From positions 1 through 64,000 of the forward strand of contig KZ538065.1 of NCBI GenBank assembly GCA_000934665.2: DNA of 64,000 nucleotides, in the 5' to 3' direction. A program made the translations under genes and the position numbers. Below, piece by piece: positions 63,601 through 64,000 of this stretch. The notes beneath the pieces were generated by a model that saw only the letters and a list, made by a program, of their open reading frames with translations, was not told where the DNA came from and made no database searches. This stretch comes from Catajapyx aquilonaris. Its lineage: Eukaryota. Each line of letters begins with the position of its first letter. Position 1 is the stretch's first letter.

Positions 63601-64000
63601 TATATTACATCGCTGAGAGTTTCCCACTGCATGTCAATTATATTGGGCTCAAGTAGTCTATATAAAATTATGAGATATTGAGAGCCTTGTTTGTACAATG
63701 AATTTGATAACGCGCCTTCGAGTCGATTCAATGCAAATGAAGGGCGTAACAATTCCGGTAAATGGCGCACTGAAGGCGACCTGGATTGTTTCGAACGTGA
63801 GCAAAACAATGAAGCCAGTTCGAGTACTCCATTATTATGGTCCACATTTGCGTAATTTCATCTAGAGGCTGTTCCAATTGAAGTGGCTAACAATACTTTA
63901 GGACTTTGCGGCAAATATTAAGCAACAATATTATTTTGTAAACCATTGCGTAAGTTATTACAACATGAGGTGCAAATGTCAGTTTGAATAGATGCACCAT

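Overview
AT-rich eukaryotic genomic DNA, arthropod-like and probably an insect; the species cannot be determined from the sequence. The window is dominated by a head-to-tail array of four intact, spliced + strand ELOVL-family fatty-acid elongase genes: A 15235-21053 (296 aa), B 29174-31467 (317 aa), C 38000-45098 (303 aa) and D 55787-59838 (311 aa). I reconstructed each by hand with 8 coding exons and GT-AG introns; coding exons 2-6 are 191/81/57/106/137 nt in all four. A is a near-canonical ELOVL7-like enzyme. B, C and D keep the HxxHH box but share unusual changes at normally conserved positions (KxxExxDT->RxxDxxDT, LRKK->LTKK, TM6 HxxQ->HE), suggesting a functionally diverged sub-clade. The rest is intron/intergenic DNA with transposon relics: a hAT element with an 8-bp TSD carrying a nested foldback MITE and inserted at the head of a tRNA-derived SINE, a tRNA-Ala-like pseudogene, mariner and Tc1-like transposase relics, Charlie-like and Sola-like MITEs, an LTR-like segment and a compound microsatellite. 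Nearly all ORF-track entries are spurious or are partial exons.
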